From an uncultured Poribacteria bacterium (lineage in GTDB: Bacteria; Poribacteria; WGA-4E; WGA-3G), in NCBI GenBank assembly GCA_951813565.1, contig OX638351.1, forward strand, positions 3,424,001 to 3,488,000: a stretch of 64,000 nucleotides of DNA, written 5' to 3'. Position numbers and translations under genes: made by a program. Position 1 is the first letter of the stretch. The number at the start of each line of letters is the position of its first letter. Positions 27,554-38,012 of this stretch are shown in pieces. The notes beneath the pieces are model-generated. The model saw only the letters and a list, made by a program, of their open reading frames with translations, did no database searches and was not told the DNA's origin.

Positions 27554-28336
27554 ATGAAGAAAGAACTCTTTGAATCACTCGTTGGAGTTATAGCGACGTT
27601 AAGAGGCGAAAACGGGTGTCCGTGGGATCGGGAGCAGACACATACATCTTTAAAATCCACACTCATTGAAGAAACTTACGAGACGGTTGAAGCGATTGAT
27701 TCTGGCGATCCGAAAAAATTGAAAGAAGAACTTGGCGACCTTCTATTGAACATCATGCTCCAAGCGCAAATTGCTGCAGAGAACCAAGATTTTGACATTT
27801 ACGATGTGATTGATACGTTGACAGAGAAATTAATTCGAAGACACCCACATGTGTTTGGTGATGTTCATGTTGATAACGCTGAAGAAGTTGTAAAAAACTG
27901 GGAAGCTATTAAAAGTCAAGAGGCTGGTTACGAGGATAGAAAATCAGTGCTTGACGGTGTTCCAAATGCGCTTCCTGCTTTGCTTCGTGGACAGAAAATA
28001 CAGAAACGAGCAGCGCGGGTCGGTTTTGATTGGGATAACATCGCTGATGTGGTTGCAAAGGTGGACGAAGAGTTAGCAGAAGTTAAAGAGAGCCTGCACA
28101 ATAATGATTCTGACGCTGCCGAAATGGAAATCGGAGACCTTTTGTTTGCTGTTGTGAATTTGTGCCGTTTTGTTGACCTTCAAGCCGAGGAGACGTTGCG
28201 AAAATCAAATCGTAAGTTTATAGCTCGATTTAAACGGATGGAAACAGAATTGGAAAAACAGGGAAAAACTTTTACCGAGCAAACACTGGCGGAACTAGAC
28301 GAAATTTGGGAAAAAGTCAAGAAAGATGAATCATGA
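27554..28336 (+). CDS. mazG: Nucleoside triphosphate pyrophosphohydrolase MazG
   Basis: GCPWDREQT, EETYE, EELGDLL, KLIRRHPHVFG, VGFDW and EIGDLLFAVVN. Confidence 0.96.
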   Translation: MKKELFESLVGVIATLRGENGCPWDREQTHTSLKSTLIEETYETVEAIDSGDPKKLKEELGDLLLNIMLQAQIAAENQDFDIYDVIDTLTEKLIRRHPHVFGDVHVDNAEEVVKNWEAIKSQEAGYEDRKSVLDGVPNALPALLRGQKIQKRAARVGFDWDNIADVVAKVDEELAEVKESLHNNDSDAAEMEIGDLLFAVVNLCRFVDLQAEETLRKSNRKFIARFKRMETELEKQGKTFTEQTLAELDEIWEKVKKDES

Positions 28337-29064
28337 AGTCCCTCGATAAGTTTCAAGCGTACCCAGAATATGAGAAGTATTCCCAACTCATCAATCAATT
28401 GGATCCAAACGCTCCGCCACAGGTCGTAATTGTACATCGGACAACTAACCCTATTCGTGCATCAGGTAAAAAACTCGGCATATTTTCCGGTTCTTTTAAT
28501 CCGCTTACTGTAGCACACATCAAGATGGTTGAAGAAGCACAGGAGCGTTTCCAACTGGATGAATTGCTGCTACTTCTCGCTAAGGCAAATGTTGATAAAG
28601 ATGTATTCGGGTGGTCGTTAGCTGGGAGGATTTTGACACTCAAACGTTATGCGGAAAATGGTACTGATGTTTCAGTCGGTATATCCAGCCATGGTCGATA
28701 TATTGACAAAGTAGAAGCTTTGAGAGCGGTTTATCCTGTCGATACGGAGTTTCACTTCATTGTTGGCTACGATACACTGGTCCGGATTTTTGATCCGAAA
28801 TACTATACGGATATTCAGACAGAATTACAGCATCTTTTTTCACAGTGCCATTTCATTGCTGCAAACCGTGATCACGTGGACATAGAAACGCTAAAAGAAT
28901 TCCTTGCGCAGCCAGCACTTCAATCGTATAGATCATCTATTGCATACCTGATACTTCCAGAATGCTATGCAGAGGTTTCCTCCACAGAAGTGCGTCAGCG
29001 AATAGCACAAGGTGATACTATTTCCCATTTAGTCCCACCTGTTATTGCTGAATTTTTGGAATAA
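28333..29064 (+). CDS. Nicotinate/nicotinamide-nucleotide adenylyltransferase-like (cytidylyltransferase superfamily)
   Basis: GSFNPLTVAH, ANVDK, FIVGYDTLVRIFDPKYY and VSSTEVR. Confidence 0.8.
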   Translation: MKSLDKFQAYPEYEKYSQLINQLDPNAPPQVVIVHRTTNPIRASGKKLGIFSGSFNPLTVAHIKMVEEAQERFQLDELLLLLAKANVDKDVFGWSLAGRILTLKRYAENGTDVSVGISSHGRYIDKVEALRAVYPVDTEFHFIVGYDTLVRIFDPKYYTDIQTELQHLFSQCHFIAANRDHVDIETLKEFLAQPALQSYRSSIAYLILPECYAEVSSTEVRQRIAQGDTISHLVPPVIAEFLE

Positions 29065-29654
29065 CCATTCCCATTATACCATCTATAGCAAATAACTGGT
29101 TTTCCTAATTTTTTACAGGCGTAAATGCGTGCATCTAAATGTTCACAAAATAAACAAGAATGAAAAAGACGAATTTCTGGTATAGGTTGAAAGTGAGCAC
29201 ATCTGTTCGCAGTTTCAGCCATCTCACTTAGATGCGTTCGGAAAACGATATTATTTAATTCGGATTTAGCGGCACGGTCTATTGCTCGTTTCTTTTCTCC
29301 GAGTTGTTCCCAGATTTTGTTAATCACTTCTGTTAAAATCGCGCGATATGTTCGTTCACCGGCAGGCTCAGGGGAGTAAAGCGTAACCTCGTTTTTGACA
29401 CAATAATTTGCAAGCCTTTTGAGTAGACTGATATCACCTTTTCGGTATTCTTCTCGCAATTCAGCTTTGAACCTTTGTTGAAACTTGTCCCACCCAATAA
29501 AGCGCGACTCCCATTTTTTTAACAAAGGCACAGAAGGTGTGAGTTCAGGAATTCCCCGGATACCTTCTATTTTCTGGTGGCAGATAACGAACTTATCATG
29601 CGTATTACTTTCTGTTTGGTTTTGGAGTGCGTCTAAATACAGCACGTTCTTCAT
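28995..29654 (-). CDS. DUF488/YeaO-like protein with a C-terminal Cys cluster
   Basis: ELTPSVPLLKKW...WDKFQQRFKAEL; CAHF..CLFCEH..C; the 3' end overlaps the nadD-like gene. Confidence 0.55.
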   Translation of the reverse strand: MKNVLYLDALQNQTESNTHDKFVICHQKIEGIRGIPELTPSVPLLKKWESRFIGWDKFQQRFKAELREEYRKGDISLLKRLANYCVKNEVTLYSPEPAGERTYRAILTEVINKIWEQLGEKKRAIDRAAKSELNNIVFRTHLSEMAETANRCAHFQPIPEIRLFHSCLFCEHLDARIYACKKLGKPVICYRWYNGNGYSKNSAITGGTKWEIVSPCAIR

Positions 29655-29800
29655 CCTCTTCAGAAACACTATTCACAATATTAATTTTAACGTTAAAACA
29701 AAAATAGGGTTTATTTCATTTTAACATTTAAATAAATATTGCGCAACAATATTTATAATTTGGCGCAAAGATAGGAAAAGGTGAACCCAAGAAGTGTTAT

Positions 29801-29930
29801 AGCGGATTCTACAATTAACTGGACATCTGAGCTGTCCGAGGGAACTCCGATTCCCCACTACCAGTGGTTTCGTCGCAATTCGGAGATCGCTCCTACAGAA
29901 TATATGTGAACTTATTTACATAATTTACTA
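29801..29930. mobile_element. Small TA-flanked MITE with IS630-like ends and a REP hairpin
   Basis: TA-TAGCGGATTCTA ... TAATTTACTA-TA with an internal TCGCTCCTACA. Similar elements lie at ~33862-33950, ~40246-40374 and from ~63848. Confidence 0.5.
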
Positions 29931-30034
29931 TAATAACCCAAGTTGCTACCTATTTCGTAAATTCTCTTGTAGGAGGGGTTTCTAACCCCGATTTAGAACA
30001 AAAGACATCCAGAATCAACGAAAACCCTTGTTTT

Positions 30035-30961
30035 TTACTGTAAATTATTGGAATCTGAGTCTACAGATTTTACGAAGTGTCGATTATTATGCTGTATAGC
30101 CATATTAATAGTTATTCTCCACACCCATGTATGGAAAGGACATACAGATTGAAAAGAGTTTAACCCATTGACCACCTGTTCCAGCGTAAGAATATCCAGT
30201 GCTTTTATCTCTTCGTCATAACGCCCGAAGAATTTCTCAAGAGCATTACGGATCCAAGGTTTTACCGTATCTTTTATCAACTCAGTTGCATCACAATCAC
30301 CGTTCACTGCGGCGGCTATTATTTTTTTATCTGTCTTCTTATCGTTTTGATTTTGGGATTGAACAAATTCTGACGACATAATTCCTCCTTTTTTATATTC
30401 TACACCAAACTCCTTTCGTAGGAGTGATCTTATTTCTCTAAGTCTTGTCTTGACCGTGCCTATCGGTAAATCAAGTTCTCTGGCAATCTCTTTCATGCTC
30501 CACGATTCTAAATAATACAATACTGCAACGGAACGCACCCGTTGTGGAAGATGATGAACTGCTTCTCTTGCCTCAGCACGGAGCTCATATTCCCAGAAGC
30601 GTGGTGCCGCCTCTTGGTCAATTTGCTCAAACAACTCCGCATCGGTGTACGGGATTTCACGTCTTGAGCGTTTAGGGGAAGCGTAGTACCTGTTGCAAGC
30701 GTTATAAGTAATTTTCTGCAGCCACGGTCCAAAACTTTCCACTTTCTTTAGCCCGCTAATGTTGTCCCATACTGCTATCCAGCTATCCGTGAGAATTTCT
30801 TCTGCATCAAGACGTTGCCGTGAATTTGCCATAATCACACGCCAGATTCGTGGTGTATAACGGGACATGAGTTCAGAAAACGCTGCTTCATTCTGGTTTT
30901 GTACTAATCGTATGAGGTCTTCATCTTTCAGGCTTTTGATAAATTCCAAATCGTAGTACAT
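30035..30961 (-). CDS. ECF sigma factor with a C-terminal second sigma2-like region
   Basis: Sigma2 (DAEEILTDSWIAVW...FGPWLQKITYN), sigma4 (EIARELDLPIGTVKTRL), then ...SFQSVCPFHTWVWRITINMAI. Confidence 0.85.
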   Translation of the reverse strand: MYYDLEFIKSLKDEDLIRLVQNQNEAAFSELMSRYTPRIWRVIMANSRQRLDAEEILTDSWIAVWDNISGLKKVESFGPWLQKITYNACNRYYASPKRSRREIPYTDAELFEQIDQEAAPRFWEYELRAEAREAVHHLPQRVRSVAVLYYLESWSMKEIARELDLPIGTVKTRLREIRSLLRKEFGVEYKKGGIMSSEFVQSQNQNDKKTDKKIIAAAVNGDCDATELIKDTVKPWIRNALEKFFGRYDEEIKALDILTLEQVVNGLNSFQSVCPFHTWVWRITINMAIQHNNRHFVKSVDSDSNNLQ

Positions 30962-31190
30962 AAACAAATCCCTGATTAGTGTTTAATATATAGAGGAAGG
31001 TTTTTAAGAAAAAGGTTTAAAAAGATGAAATAATTCTATTTTTATGTGAGTTCAACAAAAGGATTTAAGGATTACAGCAGTGAATCGCCTTAAATTACTT
31101 TAGCAACTTTGGCAGTTGAGCAGTCAGTACAATACGCCAAAGTGCAAAAGCAAGTAATTCTTTGAGAGTTTACCACGAGGTAACAGGAAT

Positions 31191-33737
31191 TTAGGGATTT
31201 ACATTCCAGATGAGGACAGTACCATCGTCACTTCTACTGCCGAGGGATTTCCCATCTGGACTGAACGCGATACTTCTAACCCAAGCTGTATGACCGGTCA
31301 GTGTTTTCTTGTGCTTACCGGTATGTGGGTCCCATAAGTTGATGTTACTCTCAAAACCACCGCTTGCAAGTGTTTTGCCATCTGAACTAAACGCTAAATC
31401 AAACACACGATGCGTCGGTTTGGTGATCTTCATCTTGGTTTGCGCAGTATCAATATCCCACAAGAGGATGATTTCGCCACCCCCGATTGCGAGGGTCTTA
31501 CCATCTGGACTGAACGCGAGTCCGCACCAAGCACTATCTATCCGCCAATCTACAATATCATTTCGCAACGCATTATCCAAATCAAGTATATTCTTTATCT
31601 CACCAGTATCTGTATCCCATACGGGAATAGTATTATCTTCACTACTTGTGGTAGCGACAAATCTACTATCCGGACTAAATGCTATAGCAAAAATATCTTT
31701 TTGATGACTGGATAGGACAAACTTCTCTTCACCTGTGAACATATCGCATAATCTGAGCAGATTGTCATCTAATGCAATTGCGAGTGTATTTCCGACGGGA
31801 CTGAGTTTCAAACTATGGTTATGCCATTCATATTTCGTCGGTAACATTTTGCGCTCACCTGTGTTTGCATCCCATAAGTGCATACAATACTCACCCGATT
31901 CACCACCATCTCCCCATGCAAGTATTTTTCCATCAGGGATACACTTAAGATTTTGTATTTCACCGTTTAACATCGGATCCCTAAACTCATTGTCCGTTTT
32001 GATGAGTTCTCCTGTGTGTGCATCCCATACACGGATAGTACCATAGCCATAAGCAACTGTAACAGTCTGTCCATTAGAAGTGAAAGCAAAAGATTCCGTA
32101 GATCCGTTATGTCCATTGATAGCATAGTCTTTCGGGTTACCTGTATGTGCATCCCAGAAGCGGATGAGACCATCGCCTCTTCCACTCGCAAGTGTTTTTC
32201 CATCCGGACTAAATGCTAAACTGTAAAAGTCTGATTTGTGTTCTGTAAGTGTTAGTTTACCTTCACCTGTATGTGCGTCCCAAAGACGAATTTTATTTTC
32301 TCCGTGTGAAGAACTCGCAAGGGTATTACCGTCAGGATTAAACGCTAAGCGTTTAACAGCCCCTGAATGTCCAGAGAGCTTAATCTTCAATTCGCCTGTA
32401 TTTAAGTCGTTAATGTAAATACTATTGTCTTCCTCTGTTAAAGCATTGCTGACAGCAAATGTATTCCCAACAAGATTGCATGCAATTCTATGTTCATAAT
32501 TAGTTGGCTCTGAAATTGTTTGCTTGTGTTTTCCTGTGATCACATTCCAGAGTGAGATTTCTGCGTCCATACTGCCACAATAAATAGTCTCTCCATCCAG
32601 ACCGAATGCCAAGTCTTTGATTATTCCAGAATAATCTTTAGTGAGTGTATTCTTAAGTTCACCAGTGACTGCATCACAAATATGGATAGTATTTCGATAT
32701 CCGCACGCAAGGGTTTTTCCATCTGGACTGAATGCCAGACCTGGTGCCCTAATTGTAAAAGAACTTAAGGTCTTATCCGTTGGCTCAATAACTTTTTTAT
32801 AGGAACTTGTTCTTCTATCCCATAATAGAATTGTACCATCCATACTTCCACTGGCTATGGTGCATCCATCCGGACTGAATGCAACGCTGGAAACTTCACT
32901 CTGATGCTCAGTTAGCAGAGAGATTTCTTTATGGGTTTTCACATCGTAGAGCCAAATACCGATACTACTTGCAACTGCCAGAATTGTACCATCGGGAGAA
33001 TACTGTAGCTCCTGTATCGTACCTTTTCCGAGACGTGCTTTAGCATCTTTAGGCAGGTTCCATTGCATAGAATCTTGTGTTAAGTTGTTTTCCATTGTTT
33101 TGATTCCTTTTGGTAAACCAAGGTCTTTGTTCCTATCAGAGATAGTACTACTTCTAATTTGATATAACAAATCAGGTATTGTTTCTATGTCAACAATAAT
33201 TCGTAGACGATTTCGAGCACGTTGAAGTCTACTTTTGACAGTGTTCGGAGACACACTCAAAAACTTTCCAATCGCTTCACAACTCATTTCTCCGAGGTAG
33301 TGGAGGATTATCACCGTGCGTTCGCTCTCCGATAGCATTTCCAGAAGATAATCTACTATTTCACGACGAAACTCAGCAGATGCTTCTTCACGCTGTTCTG
33401 CAATATAATTGGCAAAAGCGGTTTTTTCGAGTGCCTCTTCACTAATGGTTTCCAGTGATTGCATCGCCAGTTTCTTCTTTCGAAACCATGCTGTGCAACG
33501 TCGGTCAGCGATAACATAGAGCCATCCTATAAACTGACTTGGATTTTCCAGCGAAGCAAGTTTTTTGTGCGCTTGAACGAAAGTGTCTTGTGTAATTTCT
33601 TCAGCGATGTGGAAATCACCGATTTTCCGCCATGCAAAAGCATGGATACGTTTTTGGTGTTTTCTGAACAAATCGCTGAAAGCATCTTCGTCACCAGACA
33701 GTATATTTTGAATTAGTTCAATGTCGTCTCTTTCCAT
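31191..33737 (-). CDS. ECF sigma factor-WD40 repeat fusion (no TM linker)
   Basis: AEEITQDTFVQA...GWLYVIA...VSPNTVKSRLQRAR followed by many xxFSPDGxxLASG...IxLWD repeats. Confidence 0.92.
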   Translation of the reverse strand: MERDDIELIQNILSGDEDAFSDLFRKHQKRIHAFAWRKIGDFHIAEEITQDTFVQAHKKLASLENPSQFIGWLYVIADRRCTAWFRKKKLAMQSLETISEEALEKTAFANYIAEQREEASAEFRREIVDYLLEMLSESERTVIILHYLGEMSCEAIGKFLSVSPNTVKSRLQRARNRLRIIVDIETIPDLLYQIRSSTISDRNKDLGLPKGIKTMENNLTQDSMQWNLPKDAKARLGKGTIQELQYSPDGTILAVASSIGIWLYDVKTHKEISLLTEHQSEVSSVAFSPDGCTIASGSMDGTILLWDRRTSSYKKVIEPTDKTLSSFTIRAPGLAFSPDGKTLACGYRNTIHICDAVTGELKNTLTKDYSGIIKDLAFGLDGETIYCGSMDAEISLWNVITGKHKQTISEPTNYEHRIACNLVGNTFAVSNALTEEDNSIYINDLNTGELKIKLSGHSGAVKRLAFNPDGNTLASSSHGENKIRLWDAHTGEGKLTLTEHKSDFYSLAFSPDGKTLASGRGDGLIRFWDAHTGNPKDYAINGHNGSTESFAFTSNGQTVTVAYGYGTIRVWDAHTGELIKTDNEFRDPMLNGEIQNLKCIPDGKILAWGDGGESGEYCMHLWDANTGERKMLPTKYEWHNHSLKLSPVGNTLAIALDDNLLRLCDMFTGEEKFVLSSHQKDIFAIAFSPDSRFVATTSSEDNTIPVWDTDTGEIKNILDLDNALRNDIVDWRIDSAWCGLAFSPDGKTLAIGGGEIILLWDIDTAQTKMKITKPTHRVFDLAFSSDGKTLASGGFESNINLWDPHTGKHKKTLTGHTAWVRSIAFSPDGKSLGSRSDDGTVLIWNVNP

Positions 33738-33776
33738 CAGAAACCTCCATAATCAATTTATGCTTACAATAATAGG

Positions 33777-33805
33777 TGACGCGATTTTACTGTGGATGGG
33801 TTGCA
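33777..33805 (-). promoter_or_regulatory. Putative ECF promoter TGCAAC-N18-CGTCA
   Basis: The same boxes and spacing recur at 36752-36780 and 37941-37969 and match the general ECF AAC/CGT pattern. Confidence 0.6.
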
Positions 33806-33999
33806 AAAATGCAATAATTCAAAATATTGAATTCTTACACAAAATCATAAGAAAAGTTTTTTAGTAAAATCTATAATTACTTTTATACTTTGGTAGGTGC
33901 GGTTTCCCAACCGCACTTACCAGTGATGCGACATATTTTAGATTTTACTATAAGTTCTATGGATTGAAACAAACAGTGTTAACTGTGAGGTAAGTGATG

Positions 34000-36711
34000 T
34001 TAGGGATATATTTCCCAGATAAGCACAGAACCGTTATCACAACCGCTAACGAGGGTTTTTCCATCTGGACTAAAAGCGATACTATCGACCCGACCTATAT
34101 GACCCGTCAGTGTTTTCTTGTGTTCGTAGGTGTGAGCATCCCATAATTGAATCGTGCCGTCACCACAGCCACTTGCGAGGATTTTTCCATCCGGACTGAA
34201 CGCTAAGCACATCAAAAATGTATGCCCGTTAATTGTAATTTTGGTTTTCCACGTGTCTATATCCCATAGATGGATTATCCCGTCATTGCCTCCACTTGCG
34301 AGAGTTTTTCCATCAGGACTGAACGCTAAACCTTCCACCCAATCATTATGTTCGGTAAGTACCATTTTATTTCTACCAGTTGCAACATCCCAGAGACGAA
34401 TAGTTTCATCATTACTTCCGCTTGCGAGGATTTTTCCATCCGGACTGAAACCGATACTATTGATCAACTTTTTATGTCCAATAAGTGTCTTTTTATGTTC
34501 GCCAGTGTGTGCATCCCAGAGGTGGATAGTATCGCCATCTTCACTCGCAAGTATATTTCCGTCCGAACTGAGTGTTATATGCTTAACAAAACCGGTATGT
34601 CCAGTAAACATCAATTTGTGTTCGCCAGTGTGTGCATCCCAGAGGTGGATGTCATCATCAGTCCCACAAAAAAGAGTTTTTCCATTAGGACTGAACACTA
34701 TACTGTAAGCCGATTCTATCTGCCCATTTTTAGGCTCGTTAAATGTTCTTACGGGTTGCCTTGTATCCGCATCCCATAGACGAATAATTCCACTGGCGTC
34801 TCCACTTGCGATATAGTCCCCATTCGGATTGAACGCAACACTGCGGACCTCCTGCGAATGTCCAGTGAATATGTTTTTCGCGTCGCCGGTGTGGGTATCC
34901 CAAAAGCGGATAGTGCCATCGCCACCGCCACTCGCAATTGTTTTTCCATCCGGACTGAACACTAAGCCCCCGCGCCCGGCACTTCGCGGGTGTTCGGTGC
35001 GTATTCTCCTGTGTGTGCCAGTGTGTACATCCCATAGACAGATTGTTTCATCTTCATAAGACGTAGTAGCAAGTATTTTTCCATCCGGACTAAACGCTAA
35101 GTGGATAACGTGATCCTTATGCTCGGAGAGGATCATCTTGAGTTCGCCTGTGTTTAAGTCGTAGAGGTAGACAGTGCCATTTACACTACCAACAGCGACT
35201 GTTATTCCATTTGGACTGAACGCTGCACCTACAGCAGCGCAATCAGGGTGCATAGCGAAAGTTTTCTTGTGTTCACCTGTGTCTGAATTCCACAGACTGA
35301 TTTTGTTGTCCACAACCACAATGGTATCGTTGTCTGGCGTGAATGAAAAATTATGACCCGTAACATGCATGAGTGTATACTTCGCCTCTCCGGTGATGGC
35401 ATCCCATAATCGGATAGTGCCTTCCCGATTACTACTTATAAGTATTTTGCCATCCGGACTGAATGCTATGCATGTGATATATTCTCCATTATGCCCAATG
35501 AGCGTTTTTTGCTCACCTGTGATTCTATCATGCAGGGTAATAGTGCCATCGAGATTTCCACTCGCTAAGATGCGTCCATCTGGGCTGAAGGCAAGATAGT
35601 AGACGTCGCTCGTATCCGCATCCGCTGTGATTAGACTTGCTTCTTGATGTACTGTTACATCGTAAAGCCAAATACCGATGCCGCTCGCGACAGCCAGAAA
35701 CTTACCGTCAGGAGAATATTTTATATCGGCTATATACCCTTTACTAAGACGCGCTTTGGCATCTTCAGGCAGGTTCCATTGCATAGCATCTTGTGTTAGG
35801 TTGTTTTTCACTGTTTTTGTTCCTTTTGTTAGACCGTTGTTACTGTTTTTGCTGCGGTTAGTACCACCAACCCGGTTTTGCAATTCAGGTTTTGATTGGA
35901 GATTAAGGACAATAGGCGCGTCAACAATTTCAATTGTGGGTTCTGATTTCGCATTAAGGCTATATGGCTGCTGAAAATTAGTAATGATTTGATTGCTTGC
36001 ACCCATCAACAGAATGACTAAAATAGTAGATGAAACTAATGCAACCCACGGTAGCGGCTTGCCGCCTTGAGGAGATATATGTTTCACCTTATCAATCTGC
36101 TGCATGATGTTTTCAGTTAGATTTGGAGATAATGGAACACTGCCGAGAGTCTCCTGAATTATGGACTCTTCATTCTGTAAACGTTCTCGAGCGCGTTTAA
36201 GTCGGCTTTTAACAGTGTTCGGAGATACGCCTAAAAACTTGCTAATCGCTTCGCAGCTCATTTCTCCAAGGTAGTGAAGGACCATCACTGTGCGTTCACT
36301 TTCCGGTAGTTTTTCCAGCAGCTTTTGCACGATTTGACGACGGTGTTCAAGGGCTGCGTCCTCACGCTGTTCACAGATATAGTCTGAATATGCAGTTTTT
36401 TCGAGTGTTTCTTCAGCGGTGGCTTCAAGCGATTGTGTCCACAGTTTCTTTTTTCGGAACCATGCTTTGCAACGTCGATCAGCGATTACATAAAGCCAAC
36501 CTGCAAACTGACTCGGATTTTTCAACGAGGCAAGTTTTTTGTGTGCTTGGAGGAAAGTGTCTTGTGTAATTTCTTCAGCGATATGGAAATCACCGATTTT
36601 CCGCCACGCAAGCGCGTGAACGCTTTTTTGGTATTTTTTAACCAAAATGCTGAAAGCAACTTCGTCACCTGACAAAACACTATGGATTAGTTTAACGTCA
36701 TCTCTTTCCAT
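34000..36711 (-). CDS. ECF sigma factor-TM helix-WD40 repeat fusion
   Basis: Sigma2 and sigma4, a hydrophobic segment LPWVALVSSTILVILLMGA, then WD40 repeats. Confidence 0.93.
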   Translation of the reverse strand: MERDDVKLIHSVLSGDEVAFSILVKKYQKSVHALAWRKIGDFHIAEEITQDTFLQAHKKLASLKNPSQFAGWLYVIADRRCKAWFRKKKLWTQSLEATAEETLEKTAYSDYICEQREDAALEHRRQIVQKLLEKLPESERTVMVLHYLGEMSCEAISKFLGVSPNTVKSRLKRARERLQNEESIIQETLGSVPLSPNLTENIMQQIDKVKHISPQGGKPLPWVALVSSTILVILLMGASNQIITNFQQPYSLNAKSEPTIEIVDAPIVLNLQSKPELQNRVGGTNRSKNSNNGLTKGTKTVKNNLTQDAMQWNLPEDAKARLSKGYIADIKYSPDGKFLAVASGIGIWLYDVTVHQEASLITADADTSDVYYLAFSPDGRILASGNLDGTITLHDRITGEQKTLIGHNGEYITCIAFSPDGKILISSNREGTIRLWDAITGEAKYTLMHVTGHNFSFTPDNDTIVVVDNKISLWNSDTGEHKKTFAMHPDCAAVGAAFSPNGITVAVGSVNGTVYLYDLNTGELKMILSEHKDHVIHLAFSPDGKILATTSYEDETICLWDVHTGTHRRIRTEHPRSAGRGGLVFSPDGKTIASGGGDGTIRFWDTHTGDAKNIFTGHSQEVRSVAFNPNGDYIASGDASGIIRLWDADTRQPVRTFNEPKNGQIESAYSIVFSPNGKTLFCGTDDDIHLWDAHTGEHKLMFTGHTGFVKHITLSSDGNILASEDGDTIHLWDAHTGEHKKTLIGHKKLINSIGFSPDGKILASGSNDETIRLWDVATGRNKMVLTEHNDWVEGLAFSPDGKTLASGGNDGIIHLWDIDTWKTKITINGHTFLMCLAFSPDGKILASGCGDGTIQLWDAHTYEHKKTLTGHIGRVDSIAFSPDGKTLVSGCDNGSVLIWEIYP

Positions 36712-36751
36712 CAGAGAACTCCCATAATCAATTTAGACTTGCAATAATAGG

Positions 36752-36780
36752 TGACGCGACTTTACAATGGATGGGTTGCA
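36752..36780 (-). promoter_or_regulatory. Putative ECF promoter TGCAAC-N18-CGTCA
   Basis: Conserved motif ~40 nt upstream of the start codon. Confidence 0.6.
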
Positions 36781-36884
36781 AAAATGTCATAATTCAAAAA
36801 ATACTGAATTCTTACACTAAATCATAAGTAAAGTTATAAGTTCTATGGATTGAAAAAATAACGTTTACTGTGGAGTAAGTATTG

Positions 36885-37901
36885 TTAGGGATTTATCTCC
36901 CAAACAAGCACAGAACTATCAAGACTACCACTCACGAGTATTCTTCCATCGGGGCTAAAAGCGATACTTCTGACTATATCTGTATGACCCGATAATGTTT
37001 TCTTTTCCTTTCCGGTATGTGCATCCCAGAGATAGATAATCTTGTTCCTGTCTCCACTTGCAAGGGTTTTACCATCTGGACTGAACGCTAACGCATAACT
37101 ATGCATCCAATTCGTTCTTTTGAGCATCATCTGGTTCTTGCCAGTATCAACATCCCAAAAGCGGATGGTAGTGTCGTCACTCCCACTTGTTAGGGTTTTA
37201 CCATCTGGACTGAACGCTAATGAGCTAACCCAATCTGTATGTCCTATAAGTATCTTGTTGTTACCAGTGTTGATATCCCAAAGGCGGACGGTACCCTTGT
37301 AACTTGCACTCGCAAGCGTTTTGCCATCTGGACCGAACGCTAAACAGCTCAAGTGATTTGTATGTCCTCTAAGAGTTTTCTTGCGTTCATCTGTGTGTAC
37401 ATCCCATAGGGATATAGTCTTCTCGTCATCAACGCCACTGGCTAATGTATTTCCATCTGGACTGAATGCTCTGAGTACTGGGTTATAGGGATCATTCATA
37501 TAAAATATTTTCTTGTGTTCACCTGTCTGTACATCCCATAGGCGAATGCCAGCGTCAGTCCCACAAGCAAGGATTTTATCATCGGGCGAGAATTGTATAC
37601 TGTGGACCATATCGTTAAACTTTTTAAACGTTTTGATGAGTTGCCCAGTGTCTGCATTCCACAAGCGAACAATTCCACCGCTACACCCACTTGCAATAAT
37701 GTCCCCATTCCGACTGAACGCTACACTCAAGACAGATTCCGAATGTCCAGTCAATGTATGTTTTACGGTACCTGTGTAGTCATTTTGGGAACGGATAGTA
37801 CCATCGCCACTTCCACTCGCCAGGGTTATTCCGTCAGGACTGAATGCCACCTCGTGAGTGGACAATATTTTGTGATTCAATTCAGTATCACTCTTCTTCA
37901 T
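36885..37901 (-). CDS. WD40 protein, an internal-deletion derivative of a sigma-WD40 gene
   Basis: N-terminus MKKSDTELNHKILS resembles MERDDIELIQNILS and is joined directly to WD40 repeats; same upstream motif as the sigma fusions. Confidence 0.8.
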   Translation of the reverse strand: MKKSDTELNHKILSTHEVAFSPDGITLASGSGDGTIRSQNDYTGTVKHTLTGHSESVLSVAFSRNGDIIASGCSGGIVRLWNADTGQLIKTFKKFNDMVHSIQFSPDDKILACGTDAGIRLWDVQTGEHKKIFYMNDPYNPVLRAFSPDGNTLASGVDDEKTISLWDVHTDERKKTLRGHTNHLSCLAFGPDGKTLASASYKGTVRLWDINTGNNKILIGHTDWVSSLAFSPDGKTLTSGSDDTTIRFWDVDTGKNQMMLKRTNWMHSYALAFSPDGKTLASGDRNKIIYLWDAHTGKEKKTLSGHTDIVRSIAFSPDGRILVSGSLDSSVLVWEINP

Positions 37902-37940
37902 AAGAGACCTCCATCGTCAATTCATGCTTACAATAACAGA

Positions 37941-37969
37941 TGACGCGATTTTACACGCAACAGGTTGCA
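37941..37969 (-). promoter_or_regulatory. Putative ECF promoter TGCAAC-N18-CGTCA
   Basis: The boxes are conserved while part of the spacer has diverged. Confidence 0.55.
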
Positions 37970-38012
37970 AAAATGTCATAATTCGGAAAGAATAGGATTC
38001 TTACATTAATAC

